A DNA stretch of 64,000 nucleotides from assembly GCA_964524755.1 (NCBI GenBank), contig CAZGDR010000001.1:39708-103707 (forward strand). Reading direction: 5' to 3'. Positions 28,934 to 38,110 of this stretch are shown in pieces. Origin of the DNA: an uncultured Spirochaetaceae bacterium (GTDB taxonomy: Bacteria > Spirochaetota > Spirochaetia > Sphaerochaetales > Sphaerochaetaceae). The notes under the pieces are model-generated. The model was not told where the DNA came from. It did no database searches and worked only from the letters and a program-made list of their open reading frames with translations. Position 1 is the first letter of the stretch, and every line of letters starts with the position of its first letter. The position numbers were made by a program, and so were the translations under genes.

Positions 28934-30892
28934 ATGGGCACATTACAAATTCAGAATATCAGCCTCGCCTATGGAGATCGAGATCTTCTTAGTGATATCA
29001 GTTTCACCCTCTCTGGGCGTGCAAGAGCGGCCCTCACGGGGGGTAATGGGTCAGGAAAGTCAACCTTGTTGCGCATCATCAGTGGCGAAATTGATAGTGA
29101 CCATGGTCTCATTGCTACCACAAAGGGGATGCGCATCGCCTACCTTCCCCAATCTGACATCGTCCATGCCGGCACAACTCTCGTTGCAGAAGTAGAAAAA
29201 GCCTACTCACGGTTTGCGCCCCTGTTGGAGAGGCAGACCGTAATTGGGCACGAATTAGCTCAAATAGAGGCCAACCAGCATCATGGTCATTTGACTGAAG
29301 AGTTACACCAGATTCAAGAAACACTATTTTCGAGCTCGTATTTCAGACGGGAAGCTCATATTGAACAGGTTCTCAAAGGACTCGGTTTCTCCCCCATCGA
29401 TTTTTCACGTCGCTGTGAAGAATTCAGCGGTGGCTGGCAAATGCGAATAGCCCTTGCCAAGGTGTTGGTGGAAGATCCAGAAGTGATGTTGCTGGATGAA
29501 CCTACCAACTACCTCGATATAGAAGCTCGTATCTGGTTGCGTAACTATATCCATCAATATAAGGGTGCGGTGATGATGGTTTCTCACGATCAAGATTTCT
29601 TAGACGAGACTATCAATGAGGTGTATGAACTGTTTAATGGAACGCTTACACGGTACAATGGTAATTACACGGCTTATCAGAGACAACGTGAAATGGAATT
29701 AGATCAAATAGAAAAAGCCTATAAAACACAACGTAAAGAGGTTGAAAAAACCGAACAATTCATTGAACGATTCCGCTATAAAGCTTCTAAAGCGAAACAA
29801 GTTCAGAGTCGTGAAAAACAATTAGAGAAATTACAAATTGTTGAAATACCCCCCCATCTTCGCACCCTCTCCTTCTCATTTCCTGACCCTCCCCACAGTG
29901 GTAAAGATGTTATCATGATTGAAGAGCTATCTAAAAGTTATGGAGATTTACACATCTTTGACAGCTTATCGCTAGTGGTAAATAAGGGCGATCGTTTAGC
30001 AGTCACTGGGCGTAATGGAGCCGGTAAGTCAACGTTATTGCGTATGTTAGCCCAGGAGGATAGTGACTATCGAGGAATGTTAGAACTGGGTGCTGGAGTA
30101 ACGCTGGGCTATTTCGCCCAAGACATTGAACATACTCTCAATCCATCCAACACTATTTTACAAGAAGTTGAAACTGTTGCCAACACTTTTGACATTCCCA
30201 GACTCCGTTCATTATTGGGTTCTTTCTTGTTCAGCGACGATGATGTCGATAAGCGTGTCAGTATTCTGAGCGGTGGTGAAAGAAGTCGTTTAGCGTTGGC
30301 CAAGATTCTGTTGCATCCAGCTAATCTTCTTTTACTGGATGAACCTACCAGCCATCTCGATATTAACGCTAAAAACATGCTTCTTGAAGCTTTAAAAGCT
30401 TATCAAGGGACGGTGGTGTTTGTTTCCCATGACACACACTTCATAAAGAATATTGCTAATAGGATCCTCTACCTCAGTGAAGGTCCTCCCGAGTTGTTTG
30501 AAGGAGACTATGATTACTTTGCTTGGAAGTTGGAACAAAAAGAGGCGATTGAACAATCTGAAGCAGAGCAGGTTTCTCCTGTCATATCTGCAAGTAAAGA
30601 GATCGCCAATCTAAACTGGAAAGAGACTAATCGCCTCAAGAACCGCTACCGCAATTTACACAAAGAGGCTGAGGATCTTTTAGTGGCCATTGAAACTAAA
30701 CAAGAAACCATAGCCAAAGTACTGGAAGAGATGGCATTAGAAAAAAACTATTCAGATAGTGAGCGTATAACCACCCTCATTTCAAAAAAAGAGCATTTAG
30801 AGAAAGAACACACGAAGATGGAAGAACTATGGTTTGCAATGCACGAAGAGATGCAAGAGATGGAGGAGAGCGTTGGCTTATCAAATTCCTAA
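28934..30892 (+). CDS. ABC-F family ATPase (tandem ABC domains, no TMD, C-terminal coiled coil)
   Basis: Two Walker A motifs (GGNGSGKST, GRNGAGKST), two signature motifs (FSGGWQMR, LSGGERSR), an interdomain linker, and a charged C-terminal extension. Confidence 0.9.
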   Translation: MGTLQIQNISLAYGDRDLLSDISFTLSGRARAALTGGNGSGKSTLLRIISGEIDSDHGLIATTKGMRIAYLPQSDIVHAGTTLVAEVEKAYSRFAPLLERQTVIGHELAQIEANQHHGHLTEELHQIQETLFSSSYFRREAHIEQVLKGLGFSPIDFSRRCEEFSGGWQMRIALAKVLVEDPEVMLLDEPTNYLDIEARIWLRNYIHQYKGAVMMVSHDQDFLDETINEVYELFNGTLTRYNGNYTAYQRQREMELDQIEKAYKTQRKEVEKTEQFIERFRYKASKAKQVQSREKQLEKLQIVEIPPHLRTLSFSFPDPPHSGKDVIMIEELSKSYGDLHIFDSLSLVVNKGDRLAVTGRNGAGKSTLLRMLAQEDSDYRGMLELGAGVTLGYFAQDIEHTLNPSNTILQEVETVANTFDIPRLRSLLGSFLFSDDDVDKRVSILSGGERSRLALAKILLHPANLLLLDEPTSHLDINAKNMLLEALKAYQGTVVFVSHDTHFIKNIANRILYLSEGPPELFEGDYDYFAWKLEQKEAIEQSEAEQVSPVISASKEIANLNWKETNRLKNRYRNLHKEAEDLLVAIETKQETIAKVLEEMALEKNYSDSERITTLISKKEHLEKEHTKMEELWFAMHEEMQEMEESVGLSNS

Positions 30893-30914
30893 CATTGACC
30901 TTTCCTTTTCCAGA

Positions 30915-31535
30915 TTGCTCCCCCGTCTGATTCTAGCTTCAAAGTCTCCGGCAAGAAAAGCTCTCTTAGAAGCTAGTGGCTGTTCTGTAGTTGCCATCCC
31001 GACCAATAGTGATGAATACCATGGTCTCATCGCAGGTAAAGAAGTTGTACACTATTTAGCCCAGAAGAAATTAGACGCATTCCTGCAGACCTACGGGCCG
31101 GCCAAAATTCCGATTCTGGCTGCCGACACACTAGTTGGTTATAATGGGAAACTCATCGGTAAGGCCAAAAGCGAAGCAGAAGCCAAAGAGCATATTTCTC
31201 TCTTAGCTGGTCAAACACACTCTGTATTTTCTGGGTTTTCTTTATGGTTTCCCCCTTCAGCTCATCGTGAAGCGCAACATATGAGTGGAAGCGATGAAAC
31301 CTTGGTAACTTTTCGAAATATTGATGCTGAAGAACTAATTACCTATATTGCAAGCAATGATTGGCTAGGTGCAGCTGGTTCTTATCGTATTCAAGGTTTA
31401 GCTAATTCATTTATTATTGATGTTAAAGGGGATTATGCTACGGTAGTGGGGTTGCCTATCCGAGCAATTTCTGCCATATTATCTGCACCGGGTTGTCTTT
31501 ACAACACGGAATATCCACCCGAGGGTGAGAAATAG
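30915..31535 (+). CDS. maf: Maf-like nucleoside triphosphate pyrophosphatase
   Basis: [21 protein letters not shown] and AGSYRIQG motifs. The start is uncertain: TTG at 30915 or ATT at 30894. The ORF-track ATG at 30834 overlaps the ABC-F gene by 59 nt and adds a non-Maf leader. Confidence 0.75.
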   Translation: MLPRLILASKSPARKALLEASGCSVVAIPTNSDEYHGLIAGKEVVHYLAQKKLDAFLQTYGPAKIPILAADTLVGYNGKLIGKAKSEAEAKEHISLLAGQTHSVFSGFSLWFPPSAHREAQHMSGSDETLVTFRNIDAEELITYIASNDWLGAAGSYRIQGLANSFIIDVKGDYATVVGLPIRAISAILSAPGCLYNTEYPPEGEK

Positions 31536-31590
31536 CGAAGGAGATGGTTCATTACCTTATAAGGTAGTTCAAACCGTCACAGGAGGAATT

Positions 31591-32523
31591 GTGTCCGTAG
31601 TCACTATGAAAAGCCTGCTTGAATCAGGCGTACATTTTGGTCACCAAACCAAAAGATGGAATCCAAAGATGGCCCGCTTCATTTTTTCAGAACGAAATGG
31701 GATTCACATCATTGACCTGCAGAAAACGAGTGCATGTATTGTGGAAGCATATGATGCAGTCCGTTCTCAAGTAAAGCAGGGAAAATCGATTTTGTTCGTC
31801 GGAACAAAAAAACAAGCCCAACAGACAATTGAGAATGAAGCTAAACGTTGTGGTATGCCGTACGTCAACAACCGTTGGCTTGGTGGTATGCTTACCAACT
31901 TTACCACTATTAAAAAGTCGATCAATCGCCTTAAGAAACTTGAAAAAGAGGAGACTGATGGAACTTTTGAAAGTTATACCAAGAAAGAGATTGCTTTAAA
32001 CCTTAAGGAAAAAGCAAAACTTGAGAAAAACCTTGGCGGTATCAAAGAGATGAAAGATCTCCCCGGCGCAATTTTTGTAATTGACACTAAAAAGGAAGCC
32101 ATCGCCGTAGCAGAAGCTACCCGATTAGGTATTCCAGTTATTGCTGTTGTCGATACAAACTGTGACCCCACTCATATCACCTATCCTATTCCCGGTAACG
32201 ATGATGCAATCCGAGCTATCTCCTTATTTGTCGAAATTATTGCTAATGCAGTACTCGATGCGGACAAGGAAGTTGGAATTGAGATTATTGAAACCTTACC
32301 TGAGCTAGAACCGGAACCAGTTGCGGAAGAAGAAGTTCTTGAAGAGACTGAAGTTAAAGAAGAGGTAGTGTTTGCTACCGATGATGAAAACACCGACTAC
32401 ACCAAGTTCGAAGCAACGGATGAAGAGCCTGAAGATGCTGAAGAAAATGTTTCTAAAGTAAAAGCTGTAAAAGTAACTGAAGGCGGAATTGAGGTCGATG
32501 AGGAAATCCTTTATAAGGACTAA
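31591..32523 (+). CDS. rpsB: 30S ribosomal protein S2 with acidic C-terminal extension
   Basis: GTG at 31591 follows [37 protein letters not shown] is a canonical S2 N-terminus. The last ~75 aa are E/D-rich. Confidence 0.92.
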   Translation: MSVVTMKSLLESGVHFGHQTKRWNPKMARFIFSERNGIHIIDLQKTSACIVEAYDAVRSQVKQGKSILFVGTKKQAQQTIENEAKRCGMPYVNNRWLGGMLTNFTTIKKSINRLKKLEKEETDGTFESYTKKEIALNLKEKAKLEKNLGGIKEMKDLPGAIFVIDTKKEAIAVAEATRLGIPVIAVVDTNCDPTHITYPIPGNDDAIRAISLFVEIIANAVLDADKEVGIEIIETLPELEPEPVAEEEVLEETEVKEEVVFATDDENTDYTKFEATDEEPEDAEENVSKVKAVKVTEGGIEVDEEILYKD

Positions 32524-32546
32524 TTTAGGTAAACAAGGAGAATGAT

Positions 32547-33389
32547 GTGGAAATTACCGCAGCAATTGTAAAAAAACTACGTGATGCTACCAATGCTGGT
32601 ATGATGGATTGTAAAAAAGCCTTGGTCAAAGCTGAAGGAGACTTCGCTAAAGCCGAAAAAATTCTAAAAGAGATGGGCCTCGCCGCAGTCGCTAAACGAG
32701 CTGGCCGAGCAACTAATAATGGGCGAGCCTTCACACTAGTGACCAACGATAAGGCTGTTATTTTAGAAATGGTGTGTGAAACTGATTTTGTAGCTCGAAA
32801 TAAAGACTTTATTGCTTTAGGTGAAAAACTTTGTCAGGATATCGTGGAACATGAATATACCGAGATCGTGCCAGAACTTGAACTTCAAGTAAAAGATTTG
32901 ATTACTAAGATTAAAGAGAACATGTCTCTAAAAAGATTCCAAGTAATTGATATAGATGACAAAACCTTAGTTGCCGATTATGTACATGGAGAGGGTTCAC
33001 TTGCCGTTCTGGTGACCTTAACAACAGATAAGCCTGAAGTATTGAAACTCGATAAGGTTAAAGAGTTTGCTTTTGACTGTGCTTTGCACGTCGCTGCATT
33101 CTCACCCCAATATCTCTCAGCCGACAAAATTGATGCTGATTATATCAAAGAACAAACTGAGATCTTCACCACACAAGCTTTAGCTTTAGGCAAACCTGAA
33201 AAAGTTGTCGCGGGCATTGTACAAGGAAAACTGGCCAAACACTTTAGTGAAATTTGCTTCCTACAACAGCCTTTTGTTAAAGATGATTCTCAATCAGTAG
33301 AAAAAGTCTTAGCAGCCCTTGCCAAAGAAGTGGATGCAAAACTTACTATTAGTGACTATACGAATTATCGTGTAGGCGTAGAGGAATAG
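32547..33389 (+). CDS. tsf: Elongation factor Ts
   Basis: ITAAIVKKLRDATNAGMMDCKKAL UBA-like N-terminus; GTG start after AAGGAG. Confidence 0.95.
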   Translation: MEITAAIVKKLRDATNAGMMDCKKALVKAEGDFAKAEKILKEMGLAAVAKRAGRATNNGRAFTLVTNDKAVILEMVCETDFVARNKDFIALGEKLCQDIVEHEYTEIVPELELQVKDLITKIKENMSLKRFQVIDIDDKTLVADYVHGEGSLAVLVTLTTDKPEVLKLDKVKEFAFDCALHVAAFSPQYLSADKIDADYIKEQTEIFTTQALALGKPEKVVAGIVQGKLAKHFSEICFLQQPFVKDDSQSVEKVLAALAKEVDAKLTISDYTNYRVGVEE

Positions 33390-33400
33390 AATTTGAATTA

Positions 33401-33430
33401 CAAACCGCCTTCGAAGGCGGTTTGTTTCTG
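33401..33430 (+). terminator. Rho-independent terminator after tsf
   Basis: CAAACCGCCttcgaaGGCGGTTTGTTTCTG: a 9-bp stem followed by a T-rich tail. Confidence 0.75.
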
Positions 33431-33440
33431 GAGGTAGATT

Positions 33441-33995
33441 ATGCAATCGGTATTGGATACCTGTGAATCCAAAATGAAAAAGAGTGTCAGTGCTTTAAGT
33501 CAAGAGTTTAATCTCTTACGGACTGGACGTGCCTCAGCGGCATTGTTTGATAAAATCAAAGTCGAGTATTATGGCCAGGAAACTCCCCTATCCCAGGTAG
33601 CTAGTATTTCTGTCCCAGAAGCACGTCTTGTGGTTATTCAGCCATGGGACAAAACATTGCTAGCTCCTATTGAAAGAGCTATTCTGAAATCTGAGCTATC
33701 GTTAAATCCAAATAATGATGGAAAGTTATTACGTATCAACTTCCCTCCATTAACCGAGGATAGACGTAAAGATTTGGCCAGAAATGCTAAAAATATCGCG
33801 GAACAAAGCCGTGTAGCCATCCGTAACATACGGCGTGAAGGTATCGATGATATCAAAAAGATGGAAAAAGCTAGTGATATTTCTGAAGATGAACAAAAAG
33901 ATGGTGAAAATAGAATTCAGAAATTAACCGACACTTATATCGCTCAAATTAATGATCTTGCAGCCGATAAAGAAAAAGAGATATTGGAAATTTAA
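33441..33995 (+). CDS. frr: Ribosome recycling factor
   Basis: 184 aa with typical RRF sequence (LRTGRASAALFDKIKVEYYG, RRKDLA..IRNIRR). Confidence 0.95.
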   Translation: MQSVLDTCESKMKKSVSALSQEFNLLRTGRASAALFDKIKVEYYGQETPLSQVASISVPEARLVVIQPWDKTLLAPIERAILKSELSLNPNNDGKLLRINFPPLTEDRRKDLARNAKNIAEQSRVAIRNIRREGIDDIKKMEKASDISEDEQKDGENRIQKLTDTYIAQINDLAADKEKEILEI

Positions 33996-33997
33996 AA

Positions 33998-34723
33998 GTG
34001 GAAACAGAACCTCGTACTAAGGCATCACCGCTGTATCCAGACCATGTGGGCATTATTATGGACGGGAACGGACGATGGGCGACTAAACGCTCTCTCGTGC
34101 GTACAGCGGGCCATTATGAGGGGGTTAAAGCGGCTAAGCGTGTCTCGTCAGAGGCCTCCCGCTTAGGCATCCCTTTTCTGACCTATTATGTGTTCTCAAC
34201 CGAAAACTGGTCTCGGCCAAAAAAAGAGATCACGTACCTTATGAATTTGTTGGCCACCCGCCTCTATAGCGAAATTGACTTCTATAAGCGTATTGGGGCT
34301 CGTGTTCTCTTGCGGGGAGATCACTCTAAATTAACGGCTAAAGCCTACAAGGCAGTTCAAGCAACTCAAGAAGCTACGTCCCACTTAAATCATCTGACTA
34401 TCTCTCTAGCTATCAATCATGGCGGTCATGATGAAATTGTCCGATCAGTTAATAGATGGTTAGCAGATAAAGGTTCAGGGGTTCCCATTACGGCAGCAGA
34501 AATTCGAGCTAACCTGGATCTCTCTTTTATCCCCCCAGTCGATTTTATTGTGCGTTCAGGTGGTGAAAAACGATTGAGTAATTTCATGCTCTGGGATGCA
34601 GCTTATGCAGAATTAGCTTTTTATGATACATTATGGCCAGATTGGGGAGCCGATGAGTTTAAAGCTGCATGTGATGATTTTGCACGTCGCACAAGACGGT
34701 TCGGAGGAGTTTTAGATGAGTAG
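33998..34723 (+). CDS. uppS: Undecaprenyl diphosphate synthase
   Basis: HVGIIMDGNGRWA, FSTENWSRP and RSGGEKRLSNFMLWD. Confidence 0.93.
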   Translation: METEPRTKASPLYPDHVGIIMDGNGRWATKRSLVRTAGHYEGVKAAKRVSSEASRLGIPFLTYYVFSTENWSRPKKEITYLMNLLATRLYSEIDFYKRIGARVLLRGDHSKLTAKAYKAVQATQEATSHLNHLTISLAINHGGHDEIVRSVNRWLADKGSGVPITAAEIRANLDLSFIPPVDFIVRSGGEKRLSNFMLWDAAYAELAFYDTLWPDWGADEFKAACDDFARRTRRFGGVLDE

Positions 34724-35555
34724 TTTTGGCAAACGTCTGTTACTAACGTGCACTAGCATTCCACTTCTCTTCAGTCTTATTTATTTCCTACCCCATTATA
34801 ATCATCTAGGATTTGTCATATTATTACTTCTCGCTGTACTATGCGGCAGTTATGAGATGAAAAACATGTTGTTTACCAAGGATGAAAAACCGATGTTGCC
34901 CACCTGGATTCCTATTCTTCTCCCTGCTACACAGTATATAGAGTTTGTCTTTGTCCCTCACCTCCCCCTTTTTGATATTATGCTAACGTTTCTCGTGTTA
35001 TTGGGATTTTCAAAAGAGATATTCATAGGGGGGGAAAATGATTTTACGGCGACATTCAACCGAGTAAGCCGCAGTCTCTTATTGTTATTCTACCCTGGAT
35101 TCCTTTCAATATTTTTAGTTCGTATCCTTTTCTTTGAACAGAGCACGTTGTTGTTACTTATGGTATTCTTTCTTGTGTTTGGTAATGATACATTTGCCTA
35201 TATCTTTGGCATGCTGTTTGGGAAGAACAATCGCAATATTTTAGCAGTCAGTCCAAACAAAAGCATTGCAGGCTTCATTGGCGGTTTGGTAACCACAGTT
35301 CTCATCAGTCTCCTTTGGGTACGTTTCGTTCCACCCATGCAAGCCATATTTACTACGCTTGAGGCTATCCTGATTGGATTCACCATTGCCATTATCAGTA
35401 ATGTGGGCGACTTGATTGAATCTGTATTTAAACGGGCCGCTAAAGTCAAAGACTCGGGTACTATTATTCTCGGTCGAGGCGGGATCCTCGATTCAATTGA
35501 CTCTCTTTTAGCCAGTGTTCCATTCTTCACCCTTTTTGTTGTACTATGCTCCTAA
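34716..35555 (+). CDS. cdsA: Phosphatidate cytidylyltransferase (divergent signature)
   Basis: Polytopic protein. The C-terminal SVFKRAAKVKDSGTIILGRGGILDSID aligns with the CDS signature but carries substitutions. Its position after uppS is conserved synteny. Confidence 0.8.
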   Translation: MSSFGKRLLLTCTSIPLLFSLIYFLPHYNHLGFVILLLLAVLCGSYEMKNMLFTKDEKPMLPTWIPILLPATQYIEFVFVPHLPLFDIMLTFLVLLGFSKEIFIGGENDFTATFNRVSRSLLLLFYPGFLSIFLVRILFFEQSTLLLLMVFFLVFGNDTFAYIFGMLFGKNNRNILAVSPNKSIAGFIGGLVTTVLISLLWVRFVPPMQAIFTTLEAILIGFTIAIISNVGDLIESVFKRAAKVKDSGTIILGRGGILDSIDSLLASVPFFTLFVVLCS

Positions 35556-35570
35556 TAGGACGGAGAAGTT

Positions 35571-36740
35571 ATGCAGGCCAAATCAAAAAGATCTGTTATT
35601 ATTCTGGGTTGTACGGGTAGTATCGGTACTACAGCACTTCAAGCCCTAGCCCCATTACAAGATCAATTCACGATTGTGGGTCTGAGTGCCCACAGCTCAA
35701 TCGATACACTCGCCACTCTCGCCCAGCAATGGGATTGTCATTCTGTCTGTATCTCAGGGGATGATGTACCTGTTCCAGATTCACAACTATTTACCACTGC
35801 AACACAACTCTTTACTGGTGCAGCAGGACTTTTGGCCATGATTAGAGAAACTGAGGCCGATATTGTCTTAAATGCGATTGCCGGTGCCAGTGGCTTAGCT
35901 CCGACCTTAGCTGCAATTGAAAGTCATAAAGATGTTGCTTTAGCTAATAAAGAGAGTATCGTGATGGCGGGAAGTCTTCTCTTCTCACTTGCTCGGGAGA
36001 ATGGGGTTACCATCATTCCGGTTGATAGTGAACATAGCACCCTCCATGCGCTTCTTCAGGCCCATGGCCGGTCACAGACGGCCTCATTAGTGATTACTGC
36101 ATCAGGAGGTCCCTTCCGTACTTTCCCTATTGAACGCATGGCAGAGATAACAGTAGAGATGGCTCTGGCCCATCCAACTTGGCAGATGGGGGCTAAAATC
36201 TCGATTGATAGTGCCACGTTAGCTAATAAAGGGCTGGAAGTGATTGAAGCAGCCTATCTATTTGATTTTCCTTCTTCAGCTATAGAGGTCGTAATCCATC
36301 CTCAAAGTGTTGTCCACTCCCTTATTCGTCTTTACAACGGTGCTCTGTATGCCCAACTTTCACCACCAGATATGGCTTTACCTATTATGGCAGCTCTTGG
36401 TGATGGTTATATAGACTTAGAAGCTGTAGTTGCTCCTCTTGATTTTACCGATTTATCACTTACCTTTGAGAAACCTGATCTACAAAAATTCCCGTTACTC
36501 GCTAGTGCCTTTACGTGCTCCAATCTCCAGGGAGGGTACCCAATTGCTTTCAATGCTGCTAATGAGGTGGCAGTACATGCTTTTTTGCAACATAAACTCT
36601 CTTTTTTGGATGTCGCAACAGTGGTGCAAGAGACATTAACCCATGATTGGAGTCAAGCATATCATGCTTATGAAGAGATCATCGAAATTGATGGGAGAGC
36701 TCGTGCCTTTGCCCAACACATCCGTAAAGGTCTTTCGTAA
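35571..36740 (+). CDS. dxr: 1-deoxy-D-xylulose 5-phosphate reductoisomerase
   Basis: ILGCTGSIGTTAL NADPH motif, LANKESIV, DSEHS and NAANEVAV. Confidence 0.95.
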   Translation: MQAKSKRSVIILGCTGSIGTTALQALAPLQDQFTIVGLSAHSSIDTLATLAQQWDCHSVCISGDDVPVPDSQLFTTATQLFTGAAGLLAMIRETEADIVLNAIAGASGLAPTLAAIESHKDVALANKESIVMAGSLLFSLARENGVTIIPVDSEHSTLHALLQAHGRSQTASLVITASGGPFRTFPIERMAEITVEMALAHPTWQMGAKISIDSATLANKGLEVIEAAYLFDFPSSAIEVVIHPQSVVHSLIRLYNGALYAQLSPPDMALPIMAALGDGYIDLEAVVAPLDFTDLSLTFEKPDLQKFPLLASAFTCSNLQGGYPIAFNAANEVAVHAFLQHKLSFLDVATVVQETLTHDWSQAYHAYEEIIEIDGRARAFAQHIRKGLS

Positions 36741-38110
36741 TGCCTACTATCATTTCTATCCTAATTGGATTTCTGAGTATCGCTCTTATGATAACCGTCC
36801 ATGAAGCGGGGCACTTTTTCATCGCACGAGCAGTGGGAATCAATGTCGAGGTCTTTGCGATAGGTTGGGGAAAAGCAGTTAAACGGTGGCATGTAGGCGA
36901 AACGGAGATTCGTATCAATATATTTCCGTTGGGTGGTTATTGTAAATTACAAGGGACTGAAGATTTGCGTCGCTCTTTGGATAGAGGGGAAAAAACCTTT
37001 CAGAAGGCTGAAAAAGGTTCTCTTTTTGCAGCCCATCCTATAAAACGGATCTTGACCTATATAGGGGGGCCACTTTTCAACCTTCTCTTCGCTGCTCTTA
37101 TCTTTATTCCCTTTTTCTTACTCTCTTATGATAGTTATGCCGATCCAAATCAGATTATCGTTACCAGTGACTACCCACGAGCTTTCAATCTCACTGAAGC
37201 ATCTCAAAATGCCGCTCAGCAGTCTGGAATAGTTACTGGTGATATTATTTTAAAAATTGATCAAACGAAAGTGACTGACTTCTTTGATATTCAAAACCAG
37301 TTATCTCAAAAAAAAGCTGGAGAGCCTACCCTCTTCACTATCTTGCGAGATGGCCAGACTTTCACCAAAGAAGTTATCGGCTTATATGATAAAGAGGCCC
37401 AAAAACCTTTATTCGGGATTAGCGCCTATATGCCAACGGTAATAGGATCAATCCAGACTCTCTCCCCAGAATCTATGACAGATTTACGTCGTGGTGACCG
37501 CGTGATTGGTGCACAGGGGCAACCTGTGGCCCACACACTCGATCTCATTGAAGTTCTCTCTGATAACCCCTCGTTGATAACTCTTACGGTCTTACACGCC
37601 GATGGGGAACAACAAGAAATTACTTACAGCCCACAGCGAGGGGAAAAAGGACATATTTCTTTAGGCTTTACTTTTGAGCGAGAAATTAAAAGAAGGAAGG
37701 GTTTACCTTTTAGTAAAGCACTACCAACTGCTTTCACACAAACACTTCGAACAGCTACCGACACGTTACTTTTTATTCCTCAGATGTTTAGTGGGATGTT
37801 TGCCTTTGATGATGTGGTGGCGGGGCCTCTTCGAATCTCTTATATTATTGGTGAGACGCGCAGTGCCGGCTTACGGGCAATTCTGCATCTCCTCGCTATG
37901 GTGAGCACTTCGTTAGCTGTAGCCAACTTATTACCCATTCCAGGCTTAGATGGTGGCGCAATTGTGTTAAGTCTTTTAGAGATTGTGCGCAGAAAAAGTG
38001 TATCACCTCAAACGTATGTGAAATTCCAGTCCGTGGGACTTATTTTCCTTCTGTTACTGATGATTTTTGTAGTAGCTGGAGATGTAAGGTTCTTATTCTC
38101 AGGGTCCTGA
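36740..38110 (+). CDS. rseP: RIP metalloprotease RseP (site-2 protease, M50)
   Basis: HEAGHF zinc motif, PDZ domain(s) and a C-terminal NLLPIPGLDGG motif. Confidence 0.9.
   Translation: MPTIISILIGFLSIALMITVHEAGHFFIARAVGINVEVFAIGWGKAVKRWHVGETEIRINIFPLGGYCKLQGTEDLRRSLDRGEKTFQKAEKGSLFAAHPIKRILTYIGGPLFNLLFAALIFIPFFLLSYDSYADPNQIIVTSDYPRAFNLTEASQNAAQQSGIVTGDIILKIDQTKVTDFFDIQNQLSQKKAGEPTLFTILRDGQTFTKEVIGLYDKEAQKPLFGISAYMPTVIGSIQTLSPESMTDLRRGDRVIGAQGQPVAHTLDLIEVLSDNPSLITLTVLHADGEQQEITYSPQRGEKGHISLGFTFEREIKRRKGLPFSKALPTAFTQTLRTATDTLLFIPQMFSGMFAFDDVVAGPLRISYIIGETRSAGLRAILHLLAMVSTSLAVANLLPIPGLDGGAIVLSLLEIVRRKSVSPQTYVKFQSVGLIFLLLLMIFVVAGDVRFLFSGS

Noticed and set aside
28801-28941. The 47-aa N-terminal extension of the aroDE ORF, with similar long 5' extensions at 48639-48698 (metG), 30834-30914 (maf), 31525-31590 (rpsB), 59978-60028 (SBP), 62495-62596 (hemolysin III) and 21485-21601.
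   Set aside because: In most of these cases an internal start with a good Shine-Dalgarno sequence reproduces the canonical N-terminus of the family; for metG, hemolysin III and the 21485-21601 ORF the choice rests on the family N-terminus or gene overlap, and the maf start remains uncertain. The extensions overlap neighbouring genes or promoters and are artefacts of longest-ORF calling.
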